A stretch of 64,000 nucleotides of DNA from NCBI GenBank assembly GCA_964270895.1, contig OZ185439.1. One strand, given 5' to 3'. Position numbers and translations under genes: made by a program. Source of the DNA: Podarcis filfolensis. Lineage: Eukaryota. Shown in pieces: positions 36,080-47,624 of this stretch (position 1 is its first letter; each line of letters begins with the position of its first letter). The notes beneath the pieces were generated by a model that was given only the letters and a program-made list of their open reading frames with translations, was not told where the DNA came from and did no database searches.

Positions 36080-36360
36080 GCCCAGACAGTAGACAGAACC
36101 GAAGCAAAAAGAACTACAAACCTGTACGCTCTGGACCGGTTGCAAGTGTGGAGGCAGCGCACCATTGACCCTTAATGGAGCCGCCTCCTCTGGCTAACCT
36201 GACATCTTCGGCGCTAGGCTCTTGTTCCAGACCATTTTAATCGCCAAGGGCTCACCTCCGGCGGCTGCCTTTCGTTCGCGGTCCCCGCCGGGGCTACAGT
36301 CCGTAGGGTCTCTTGCGGGGCAAGGCGCCCAAGCTCGCGCAGGTTCGAAGCAGCTCTTCG
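36080..36360 (-). pseudogene. Candidate decayed NK3-class homeobox exon (nkx3-3/zax-like relic)
   Basis: On the minus strand, in order: RAA..ELGR-like (36325-36357); K(I)WFQN..KTKRRQM-like nucleotides aaaatggtctggaacaagagcctagcgccgaagatg (36203-36238); KKVAVKVLVR-like gccagaggaggcggctccattaagggtcaatggtgcgc (36157-36194); YCLG (36080-36091). Needs several indels; aligned by eye. Confidence 0.55.
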
Positions 36361-37700
36361 CGGCCATTCATGTGCATAGGAGCCAACTCCTAGGGGCCGA
36401 GGGGGTCTTCGGCCCCCCCATAAAATATTTGAGGAGGCTCCCTCTCCCAATGAATGGGCATTGTCATTCAAATGTGTGCGTGCACCACATCATGTGATCG
36501 GTTATGCGGGGCGGGGCTTACTCCCCCCCCCAATACTTTATTCAATTTGGCACCCCTGTTCATGTGGGAAAAGACAACCCTGCTTTGAAGCAAGGAATGG
36601 GCGGACACACACTCCCCACGTGCCTTGCCCGTCCCAGTGAGCTGGGTCCCCCGCACAGGCAGACCGAGAGGGGAGTTCCTCGGCGGTGCCTTTGGCGAAG
36701 GCTACCCCATCTATCTCGAGGGCATCCCGGAGGGGCGGGGCCAAAGCGCAACTGACGGCGAGGTGTCTTCCAAGCATGTGCAGGGTACCTTTTCCTAACC
36801 ACTAAGTAAGCCAGGCACATTTCTTCGCGTCAGGCCTGAGTCACACAGCAGCGCTTTTCCTTTACTGGGGGGGATATACACTCTCTGTCTGCTTCTGCCC
36901 CGCTTCCCCACCTTCCTCGACCCCGACTCAGGGCAGGGGCGGATCCGACATTGAACTGCGCCTCCTAATCCCCCGCTCGCCCCCCGGGATAAAAAAGGGG
37001 AACAAAACCGCAGCTCCCCCGCCCTCCCGGGCGCAGCGGGGGAGGCAGCGCGGGCCGTCAATCTCGCCCTTTGTCCGGAGCCCCCCTCGGCCCGCCTTTT
37101 GTCCCCCAATCCAATAAGCGCCGCTTCTCGGCCCCTTCCAGGCGCTTCCTTTCAGAGCCGGCCCGGCCGCCACAATGGGCCTCTCCGCGCCGCGCGCTGC
37201 CCCATTCAGCCCCTTGGCACCCTCTCCTCGCCCGGGACAAGGGGATTACAGCGGCCGGCTGGCCACCTATTAAAGGCCCGAGGGAAGGAGGCACCTCCGG
37301 CCGCGGGCAGGTACCCGGCCGCGCAGCCCGCCGTCTCGCGGCGCCTCCACAGCGGAATCCAAATGCTAGGAGAGCCGAGGCCACGGAGGCGCCTGAGGCC
37401 TGGCGGCGGAGGGGGGACATTGGGCGGCCCTTCCAAAGCCCGTCGACGGGCTAACGGGCCTACCTTCTCCCTTCAGGAACCGGGAGCCTGTGGGCTACGG
37501 AGGCTGCAGGACTCCAACTCCCATCGTGCTCGGAGTTGTAGTCCCGCCGCGTCTGGAGAGCCGCACGCTCCGCAGCCCTCGCGGCCTTCGAGCTACTTGA
37601 AGCAGCTCCGGGTCCTGACAGGGCGGGTTTCCTTTGGGCTTGCCTGCCCTCCGGAGGAACTGACTCCGGATTAAGTTACTCCGGATTACACCCCCCACTT
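36150..37700. promoter_or_regulatory. Orphan CpG island downstream of NKX2-3
   Basis: Very CpG/GC-rich with no intact gene; tandem CCAATCCAAT near 37106-37115; GC boxes near 36733 and 36936. Confidence 0.6.
36375..36558. mobile_element. hAT MITE
   Basis: Ends CATAGGAGCCAA/TTGGCACCCCTG; perfect 8-bp TSD TTCATGTG (36367-36374, 36559-36566). Confidence 0.85.
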
Positions 37701-38650
37701 TTCGTGCCTCCAGGTTGCTGGAGGCGGCATGAATCTACCTCGGCTGGTGGGTTAGGAGAAATAACTGTCCCACAATTAGAAGCTGCATGGATCTGCACCG
37801 CAGGGGGAAACGGGTGGCGTCGAAGGAAGAGAGGAGGAAGGAGGGAGAAGCTTCAGAGACAGCCGTCTATGATGGCAAAGCGGCTCTGTGGCTGCGACTT
37901 TTCCTGCAACACTTGCGCATTTTAGGTGCGCAGTGTGGTTTGTTTAGAACCAGCGCAACAGGAGAGGAGCTCTACCTGGAAGGGGCGCTTATGCCAGAGG
38001 AGAAACCCAGACCTCGCACACGCGCTCGCTCGCTCGACGGTCTCTCCCTCCCCGCCAGCGCAAAGCCTGCGATGGATATTGCACCTGGTTTATTGGATCC
38101 TTTAACTTCCTTGCAGCGGTGGCTACATCGATACACTTTTAAGATACAACAACAACAACAACAGAAAGGGGTGGCTCGCGGCGGCCTCCACCCCGGCTTT
38201 GGCTTTGTACAAGCGAAGCTGCTTTCTGGCAGAGCCTGGCCTCCCCCGGTTCCCGTCCCTGCTCGGCCTTGGCGCGGAGTCTCCCCCCGCGCCCCTTTCC
38301 CCAGGAGAGCTTTGGCTGCGGGCAGCTCCGCCGGGAGTGAGGGAAGAGAGTCTAAATGGGAAGAGTGTCCAGCAGAGCCAGTGCCGCCGCGCGCAGACGT
38401 GGCGATCGAGGCCGTTTAGCACCGTGGACTGCAGCACGGCTGGCTGTCGGCTGGCAAGGTGCTGAGGGTGGAGGATGGAGCCGCGCCCTGTGCTAGCGCG
38501 GCGCACCTTCTTGCGTGGTCGGGTCTCCCCGTCGGAGGAAGCGCCGCTTCTCCGGCTGCCCGCCTGCCTCGCCGGGCCCCAGCCAGCGACCGGGGACTGG
38601 GCTCGTGGCTCTGAACCGCGCTCGCTGCTCGATCTCTCCGTCGGCCGGGG

Positions 38651-41409
38651 CTACCAAGCTCGGATGCCCTGACTACAGGAAGGCCCCGCGGGACCCTGGT
38701 GCAGAGGCTGCGCGCCGCCCGCGAAGCCGCCCATGTTCATGTAGGGCCCCGCAGGCGGCGGCACCGACGGGCCCCCGCTGTTGGCCGCCGGGTAGCTACA
38801 GCCGTAACCGGCCCCGTAAGCAGCCGCGGGGGAACCGCCGTAGGCGTAGTTGGGGAAGCCATTATAAGGATAGGCGGCGGCGGCGTTGTAGGGCGCGCTG
38901 TAGGCCTGCGAGCCGCCCAGGCAGGGCTTGCCGTCCCTCACCAGCACGGGCACGGCCACCCTGCGCGGCGGAGGCGGAGGCTGCTGCGACGGCGGAGGCA
39001 TCCCCGCCGTCGGGCCGCCCAGGTCCAGGGCCTTGTCCTGCCGCTGCCGCTTGCACTTGTAGCGTCGGTTCTGGAACCAGATCTTCACCTGCGTGGACGT
39101 GAGCTTGAGGCTGCTGGCCAGCAACTCGCGCTCGGGGGCCGACAGGTAGCGCTGCTGCTGGAAGCGCCGCTCCAGCTCGAAGACCTGCGCTTGCGAGAAG
39201 AGCACCCGAGGCTTCCTCCGGCCGCGCGCCTTGGGCCGCTCCGACGACTCCTCCGTGGGCTCCTTCCCTGCAGAAGACGGGGGACAACAGAGAGAGGTGC
39301 TCCAGTCAAGAACCGGGGAGCTGCGGGCTGCGGGACCGGTACAACACATTGACACCCCCCACACACACACTTATCACCTTGCAGAAACCTCTCATTTACG
39401 CATTTCTCAAGACAGATGAATACATTATATAAAGGGAGAGGAGAGAACACGTTGCGCGGGCACCTGGAAGGGCCGACATCTGTTTTCGTGTTCTTTTTTA
39501 ATGCACCGAATGCCAGATCACAACATAATTCCGTCGGTGTCTTACAGGGCACTCCTAGGCAGGTTAACCCAGAAGTAAGTTCAATGTTCAATGGGGCTTA
39601 CGCCCAGGTTAAGGGTGCATACCACCGCAGCCTTAAAGGGCATAAAGACACAGCTGCAACAACAACCCCAAAACCCTTCTCCCGCAAAATAAGCCTGCAG
39701 CAGAAAAGCGCGCCTCTAATTTTATAGGCGGGGCAAATTAGAAACACGGTTTGCAAAGTATTATTAGTAGTAATAGTATTCATATTATTATATAGAAAGT
39801 TGAGTCTTCCGCAACGGAATATGGCCGCTGCTTCGCGGCCTTGCAAACGAAGGAGCCAGCGCCGCCTGGCATTCTGCAGGAGCTCAGCCAACTCGTGAAA
39901 AACTTGAGGGAGCGAAGTGTGTGTGTTTTCCCCCGTGCCACCAGGACTGCTTACGGCAGCCGGAAGGAAGCAAGGACTTGGGAAATGGATTTATGCCCAC
40001 TTAGGAAGCAGACGGCAGTCTTTATGCCCCCCAAGATCCCGCAGTGCGAACACGATCTCCTCCCTTCCAGGGAGGGAGGCCAGGCCAGGCCAGGCCCGTT
40101 ACTGACTGACACAGCGCAAGCTACAGCTTTGCTTGCCGCGCCTCGGACAAAATCTTGGCGCAAAGGACCCTCAACTAGATCCCCTCGCGCTTTGACCGCC
40201 CCTCGACCCACTCCGCTCCACCTCACCCCGGGTGCTTTCCTAGAGGGGGCTTGGAGCCAGCGGAACCATCATTCCACCAAGGCGGCTCTCCTTGCCGCCA
40301 GACCACCAAGGCTGCGAGGCTGGGCCTCAGAGCGGTTCCTTGCCTGTTTTGGGATGTGGATGGCTCGGCGTGGCCAAACGTGTCGTCCCCTTTCTGCCTA
40401 AGTCTCCGACTGAACCGAGGACGCTTTCTTGTAAGCCAGGTCCACAGGACCTGCTCTCAAGTAGGGGCATTAGGATGCACTCCGAGGCAAACTTGCAATG
40501 GGGAAGCGGGACTAACTGAGCAAGATTTTACATCCGAGACGAAGAGGGCTGCAGTGTGACCACCCAATCCGGTGCATTTTACCCAATGGCAAGTCTCGTT
40601 GTGTTCAGGGAGGCTTAGGCTCAGAGACGTGTAGAGCGGACAGCAGCCTAAGCACGTTTACTCGGAAGTAAGTCCTTCAAAGTTCCAAGGGACTTATCCT
40701 CTTATTGTTTGTTAGTTGGAGCCACAAATATTTTGCAGCGGAGGGAAGAGGCGTCCGCCTAAGCGACTTGGGTTTGGAGGTGCCCAAGCACTTCTGAGCA
40801 GCGCTGAACCGTTACCGACGTGCTCCCGGAGACGCGGATGTCGCGTGTCCCACTTTCAGCATCCCATCTGGCTGGAGAAACGGTGGTTCCAAGCCACACA
40901 CGCGCAACCACGCTGCGATCCAGAAGGGGAAACTTTCGGAATTAGTTATCCTGGCAATGTGAAAGATTGGGAATCGCTCCGCGTTCCGAGAGGGACTTGG
41001 GCGCCCGCCTGGCCCTACGATTCCCCAATAAAGCCTCCCTTTTGGGGTCCGGATCCCGCTCTCGCTGGTACTCACCGGCTCCGGAATCCAGCACCGGTTC
41101 TCCCTCTCCTGCCAGGGCCTTGGGATCGCAGGTGCCCCGCAGCACCGCCTGCACGTAGCTCCCTGGGGAAAGCCCCCCATCCGCGGCGCTCTTCCCCGTC
41201 GCCGCCATGGAGCTGAGGAAGGGCAGCTTCTCGTCGTCTTCGTCGTCGTCCTCCCCGTCGGAGAAGCTGCGGCACCCCAGCAGGCAGGAGGCAGCGGCGG
41301 CGGTGACGGGGAAGGGCGGCTCGAGGGAGCCCCCGAGACTCTGCTGCTCCAGTTTCAGAATATCCTTGACCGAGAAGGGGGTGGAGGTGGCGGGGCTGGG
41401 GAGCATCAT
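38651..41409 (-). CDS. NKX2-3: Homeobox protein Nkx-2.3 (316 aa, 2 exons)
   Basis: complement(join 41076..41409, 38651..39267) = 951 nt. [18 protein letters not shown] (TN/eh1 domain); homeodomain 39041-39220 [33 protein letters not shown] with the NK2 Tyr54; NK2-[17 protein letters not shown]; C-terminal GIRAW. Minus-strand AATAAA at 38089-38094. Synteny with SLC25A28 and ENTPD7. Confidence 0.97.
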
Positions 41410-42366
41410 TGGGAGGGGGGACGGGTGCGTGGGAAAGAGGGGAGCGAGCCGGCTTGGGTGCAGGAGCGCCGCGCCCTGCCAGCCAAGCCCGGCTAAGGGG
41501 CGTCCATGCGAAGGGAAGGATGCCGCTCCGCCTTTGCAGTCGCAGCCTCTGCGCCGACCAGCTGCAGCCTCTGGACTCGGAGCCGCCTCTGCGGCCAGGG
41601 CGGGCGCGTCACGGCGAGGAGGGGCCGGGCTGGGGCGCGGGCTGCGCCCCCATTGGAAGGCGGGGGAGCCTTGAGCCGGCCCCCTCAGTGACACACACAC
41701 AGAGACCCTGCCGGAAAGAGAAATCTGCAGGCTGGGCTGCACAGGCAGGCTACGCGAGGCGCCCACGCCGTCGGGTCACACAGGTTGGCGCACAGCCGTC
41801 GGGGGCGAGAGGAGGCGGAGAAAAATCCGCGCCACTGGGGAGTCCGAACCGAGGTAGCCCACAACCCCTCCCCATGGCTAGACAACCCCCCCTCCGCCTT
41901 TCCCTGGACAACAGCCTTCCCTTCCTCTGGTTCCGGATCTACCTCCATCTCCTCCCTTGGGGACTTACCACTCGCGGTTTTTCTTTTTTTAAACTTCGGA
42001 GGAATTGAAAGAAAAGGAACTCCTTGGGGAAAGGGCCCAAGAGGAAACTCGCCTTTCTTGGGGCAAATAGAACCAAGGAAACGCGGGAAGGTGGGTGTGG
42101 GTGCGCGCGTGCGCGCGTGGGGTGCGTGGGGTGAGCTGTCCTGTCGCGGGGCGCAGTAAATACAGGGACAGGGCCAAGGTAATCTGTCCAATTTAACATT
42201 CAACATCCGCTTGGCAATTGGCCTGTGGAGGGAGCACCAAGTCTCTTCCGGCGGTCACCTGCCCGCGAGGAGACGCAGGGCTTTTGCATACCTTTGGCAA
42301 GACAAACCCTAGGACGCAGCTGCTTGCCAGTACCAATGTGGGCGTAGGACGAGATATGCATGTGTT

Positions 42367-42443
42367 TAGTAGTAGTAGAAGTAGTAGTAGTAATAATAGG
42401 TAGCAGTAATAGTAGTAATAGGTAGTAATAGGTAGCAGTAATA
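42367..42443. repeat. Compound (AGT/AAT)n repeat
   Basis: Direct reading; about 1 kb upstream of the NKX2-3 ATG. Confidence 0.85.
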
Positions 42444-42570
42444 TCCAGAGGCGAGTATTATTGCAATGTGTGGTTATGGCCACCACCTTAGATGGCTTGT
42501 ATAACATGGATATAAAACAGTCTGCGAAAGCGGCATCTCAAAGCTAAGCTCGTGATCTTACGTACTGGGA

Positions 42571-42612
42571 TATTATTATTATTATTATTGTTGTTGTTGT
42601 TGTTGTTGTTAT
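42571..42612. repeat. (ATT)n(GTT)n microsatellite
   Basis: Direct reading. Confidence 0.9.
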
Positions 42613-42895
42613 TTCTTGCTCCTATTATGTGTCTGTGGTTAGTTAAAAGGGCTCTTGAGTTTCGTTTTTTCCTCCTGCATCTTAATTTTCTTTATTTCTT
42701 CTTCTTATAGTGACTCCCCGGGGACACTCGCGAGCAAAAGGTGTGCGTTTTTGTTGGGCTCCGGCGAGCGCTTCTGTCTGTCTTTCAGGGAACCCAAAAG
42801 AAGGTAGACCACTCTGGCTCTTCCGGGGAGCTCTCTTAAAATAAAAGCGATCAAAAGGGTTTCGTGATTAGTGTCAATGGCCGTTTCTGAAATTC

Positions 42896-43909
42896 GTGCT
42901 CATCAATGGTTCCTCTTCATCCTGGAGAAGAGTGACTAGTGGGGTGCCACAGGGTTCTGTCTTGGGCCCGGTCTTATTCAACATCTTTATCAACGACTTG
43001 GAAGATGGACTCAAGGGCATCCTGATCAAATTTGCAGATGACACCAAACTGGGAGGGGTGGCTAACACCCCAGAGGACAGGATCACACTTCAAAACGATC
43101 TTGACAGATTAGAGAACTGGGCCAAAACAAACAAGATGAATTTTAATGGGGAGAAATGTAAAGTATTGCACTTGGGCAAAAAAAATGAGAGGCACAAATA
43201 CAAGATGGGTGACACCTGGCTTGAGAGCAGTACATGTGAAAAGGATCTAGGAGTCTTGGTTGACCACAAACTTGACATGAGCCAACAGTGTGACACGGCA
43301 GCTAAAAAAGCCAATGCAATTCTGGGCTGCATCAATAGGAGTATAGCATCTAGATCAAGGGAAGTAATAGTGCCACTGTATTCTGCTCTGGTCAGACCTC
43401 ACCTGGAGTACTGTGTCCAGTTCTGGGCACCACAGTTCAAGAAGGACACTGACAAACTGGAACGTGTCCAGAGGAGGGCAACCAAAATGGTCAAAGGCCT
43501 GGAAACGATGCCTTATGAGGAATGGCTAAGGGAGCTGGGCATGTTTAGCCTGGAGAAGAGGAGGTTAAGGGGTGATATGATAGCCATGTTCAAATATATA
43601 AAAGGATGTCACATAGAGGAGGGAGAAAGGTTGTTTTCTGCTGCTCCAGAGAAGCGGACACGGAGCAATGGATCCAAACTACAAGAAAGAAGATTCCACC
43701 TAAAAATTAGGAAGAACTTTCTGACAGTAAGAGCTGTTCGACAGTGGAATTTGCTGCCAAGGAGTGTGGTGGAGTCTCCTTCTTTGGAGGTCTTTAAGCA
43801 GAGGCTTGACAACCATATGTCAGGAGTGCTCTGATGGTGTTTCCTGCTTGGCAGGGGGTTGGACTCGATGGCCCTTGTGGTCTCTTCCAACTCTATGATT
43901 CTATGATTC
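42896..43909 (+). mobile_element. 5'-truncated CR1 LINE (C-terminal ORF2 reverse transcriptase plus 3' UTR)
   Basis: Open 312-codon frame with [22 protein letters not shown] and [10 protein letters not shown]; terminal CTATGATT-CTATGATT repeats typical of CR1. Confidence 0.95.
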
Positions 43910-46900
43910 CTTCACTGTCCCTAAGCGCCGGTCCCTCCGTCCTCTCTGGGGAATAGTAACAGGGGTGGCAAAAGGCAGCTTAGGGAGGCTCTGCCGGAGA
44001 GCCCGGTAAGGGGGGTGGGTTGTTCCCAGGCCCCGGTCCCCGTCCCCCCCCCAAACAAATATAAGAAACCATCAAGTCACTGCTCCTGATTTCTTGGGGG
44101 GGGGGGGGACGGGGACTGCTGAGCACTGGAAGTAGTGCGGTAACCCAGTGGAAGTTCCCTTTCCACTCAATAACAGATTAAAGAAGGCTTTTATCTTTTA
44201 TTAGGGGACTCTTGGGCAAGGGGTTTCCCCTCGAGGGTGGCCTCGACTCGGATAAGCCACGAGGTTTCAATGCGAGAGAGTTAATGTTCCCGTTGAAACC
44301 AAAGGATTTTAATGTGCTCTCTTGTTATCAGGCGGTGGTCGCTTAGTCAATGCAACAACCATCGATGTAGCATTTATATTCGGTGTCTGTGCAGTATAAA
44401 CGGGAGACACTCTTTCTATTGTACGAGGTTTGCGACTGCCTCGGTTTTTGCCAGCCTGTCAAGAAATTTTGTTATGAGGCAAGGAGGCTTCACAGCCCCT
44501 CCATTTGTGTGTTTTGATGGAGCCCAAGAAACGCCGAAGACCCTCCTTCGTTTAAGGACTGAAAGAATTAGAGGTGAAGGTGTGGAACGGATTTTTCAAG
44601 GCTAAAAATAAAAAATAAAAATGGAACGTTGACTGAACAATTCCTCTAAACAGATTTGATGCAAATAAATAACGATAAGCTTGCAGTGCGATTAGTTCAC
44701 GGTGAAATTAGTTTACTGCAAGGTTGCATGATATTCTATTATTTCTTCATTATAAACGTTTATTGCAAAACTTGTAGATATTACCATCGGATAAGGAAAA
44801 ACTTTAGTATTTACGTGTCCTCGGACTGCAATTCTGCACACACTCGACCGGGAATGTCTTCTAACTGTACTCAATGGCGTTTACTTCTGAGTAGACGAAC
44901 TAACCAGGAGACACCGGCACAGCAATCTGCACCTACCTTTTGTCCGCAGCGCATTATTGTGGAAGCCAACGCGATCAACTCTCGAACCAGATATTTCCTG
45001 ACAATTTAGATTTGCTGCTTGGGCGGCAGCCCGAAGAATACTTAAAGTTCAGTTGAACAACAGCGCTATTTCCTTTTCAGTAAACAGGCCTAGGATCGGC
45101 TGAAAATCTACAGCAGCAGATTGAGTGAGAAAACAGCCTAGTTCACGGGACAAGTTATAAAGCCCTTTTAACTGGTTGCAACAAAAGCAAAAGTACCCCG
45201 TGGACCTTAAACACGGGAATACTTTCATTGTGGCCAAAAACTTTCTGGGACTTGGGTCTTCACCACAGAGACGCTGAGACGCCCAAGAAGCGGGTCACCT
45301 AAGCCGATAGCGGGGTGTGTGTATGCAAAAATAAATAAATGCTGTGGTTGTTTTTTTATTAACCTACAGGCACACAACAAAAGACGTGGCAATGCAAAAC
45401 AGCAGCAGATGTGTCAAAGCAAGCACAGCGAATACATCGTTGGCATGTAGCCTTCGGAGGGAGGCCTGGTCGTCAATGCGGCCCGCGGGCCGGATAAGGT
45501 TAGCCGTCCCTGGGCATCAGGACTTGGTCAAATGAATACCCTATCCAACCAGCTTGACTGTGCCTGGTGATGAATAGTCATTTGGAGATCGATGGTGTAA
45601 AATGATTTTACGCTATCAATTGACACCTCATTCAGAGCATCTAATTAACTTCTGAAGCCAACTGACCAGTTCCGAGATGGTCCACAGCGTCAAATTAGCT
45701 AATTAATTTCGATTATTGCAGCTTTATGCCGGGAACAACATTTGAAGCGTCGTCGTCAGTATGTGGAGATCCTTGAGGTTTTCCGCAGCATTTTCGTGGG
45801 GATTTAAACGCTCGCCCTGGTTTGAGGATGTTCCCCTTTTTTAGTATCTGGATTGTGTCCGTTCGTTCTCTTGCGCGGAGACTGACCCGTCTGGCTCAAG
45901 CCAATAGCAGCGGGGCATTGTTGGCAGACGACTGAAGGCATCGCGTTAGAAGGCGGCGCAGAGCAAGGATCCATGGCGGGCACGGCTAATGTTGTTTGGC
46001 CCCCGAAGAGCGTTGCCCGAGTTAATACGGGCTGGCACGCGCAGTCGTATTCTGGATAGGACCGTGACCCAGTTACCACTGCCTCTTGCTTGATCTTCTG
46101 GTCTCCCTTTCCAAAAAATCCAAGCTCAACTCCCCGCGACAATCTCTCCCCGCCCCCGCGCCTTTCTCTGCGTTCAGCCTATATATACTTATCCACTTAG
46201 GAAACCACTTTGTGCATCTAAGGAAGTGGGTTCTGGCCCAAGGAGATTTAGACTTCAATAAATGTGTTAGCCTTTAATCCGGTGCCGCGAGTTTCTTTGT
46301 TGTTTCTCTTGCGCTGGAGTATATCCATCCAGATAGCATCTCCTGGGGAGACCTAAAATGTGCACTTTATCCCCGCTCAAAGCCTCGCGGTTTGGCCCCT
46401 CCTGGTTCCGTCCTCGGCCAAGACTAACCTACTCCAGCCCAGATCCCGCTGGTTCTACTCCCGGCAGCCTTCCTCCTGCTTGCTGAGGGAGGCCGTCTTG
46501 CTCAGGGCTACCTGGTCCTCATTTGCCGGGGTCTGGGGACAGGGTGGAGGAAGGCGTCCAAGCCAAGCAGCCCGCCATGGGATGGGGAAACAAGGTCTGG
46601 CCAGTGGGTCTTTCCGAACGCAGGACCCCGTTGTGGTGGGCTTGTTGTCTCTGACTGCCCCCCCCCCCACAGTTGGGGGAAAAGGTTTCTTGAGCTGTTG
46701 CTGGAACAGCTGGATTGTCCGCCGGGCCAGGCCAGCATAACGCAGTGGGAAAGGCTGGCGTCTGGGCAGGAGGATTTGCGCGCTCCAAGGCTTCTGGGCA
46801 GAGACTCGCGCTCGGCAGGCCGCGCTCTCCCGCCGGGCCCCTTGGGGCTTGCCTACGGGCAGCCTGAAGCAGAAAACCTTCATTGCCTTTGGAGAGCAAC

Positions 46901-47624
46901 GACGGCAACAACAAAACAACAGCCCTGGCCCGGCAAACGTCCTTTGTAACCGCGCCGTCGACCGCAGCGAGAAGACGTGCAGAGGAGATATTTTGAAAGT
47001 ACTCGTAAAATTAATAATGCGTCTTCCTCGCCTGGGACAATCTGGAGCGGGGGGCGGGGGATTCGTGGAAGCTTGGATGGTTTACGTCGAGGACTGCAGA
47101 GAGTAAGCCCAGGCCGCAGAAAGGACAGCACCCTGCTCGGGTGGTTTGGGCTGGAGTTTGCTCAGCTGCGTCCAGCCCTTTCTCTCCAAGGTTCGTTGCG
47201 TCCCCAGGCCCCCTTTCCTTCTCCTCGGCTTACCCTTCTCCGCAGCACCTCCAGGCTCTTTCCAAACCAAGGCTCGGCTGTAACCACTCCCTTCAACTTT
47301 GAGAAGAGCTTCTTCTTCTTCCTGGCAAAGTTTCTCTTTCCACAGGCCCGGGGAGCTATCCTGGCCCTTCAGACGGTGTTCTTTGCGCGCGAGGCCCTGC
47401 GCTGGGCTCCTCCTGCTATTTCGTGCAGGCCTGGATAAATGTTTTGAAGGGATAAATGAGCGAGAAACAAGGCGAGCACCTCGGGCTTTTTGCGAAAACT
47501 CTCTCACACAAAGCAGATATTGAAAGAATACAGAGCTCTGATCACGCGCGCCTGGTATTTGTTGAACAGGTAAGCCCCTTGTGCACATCTCTCACCTATG
47601 CTAGGAACTAACTAAGGTGGGTTT

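Noticed and set aside
37787-42206. Many long ORFs (170-270 aa) overlapping NKX2-3 and its flanks
   Set aside because: Expected in GC-rich, stop-poor CpG islands; only the NKX2-3 frames show known motifs.
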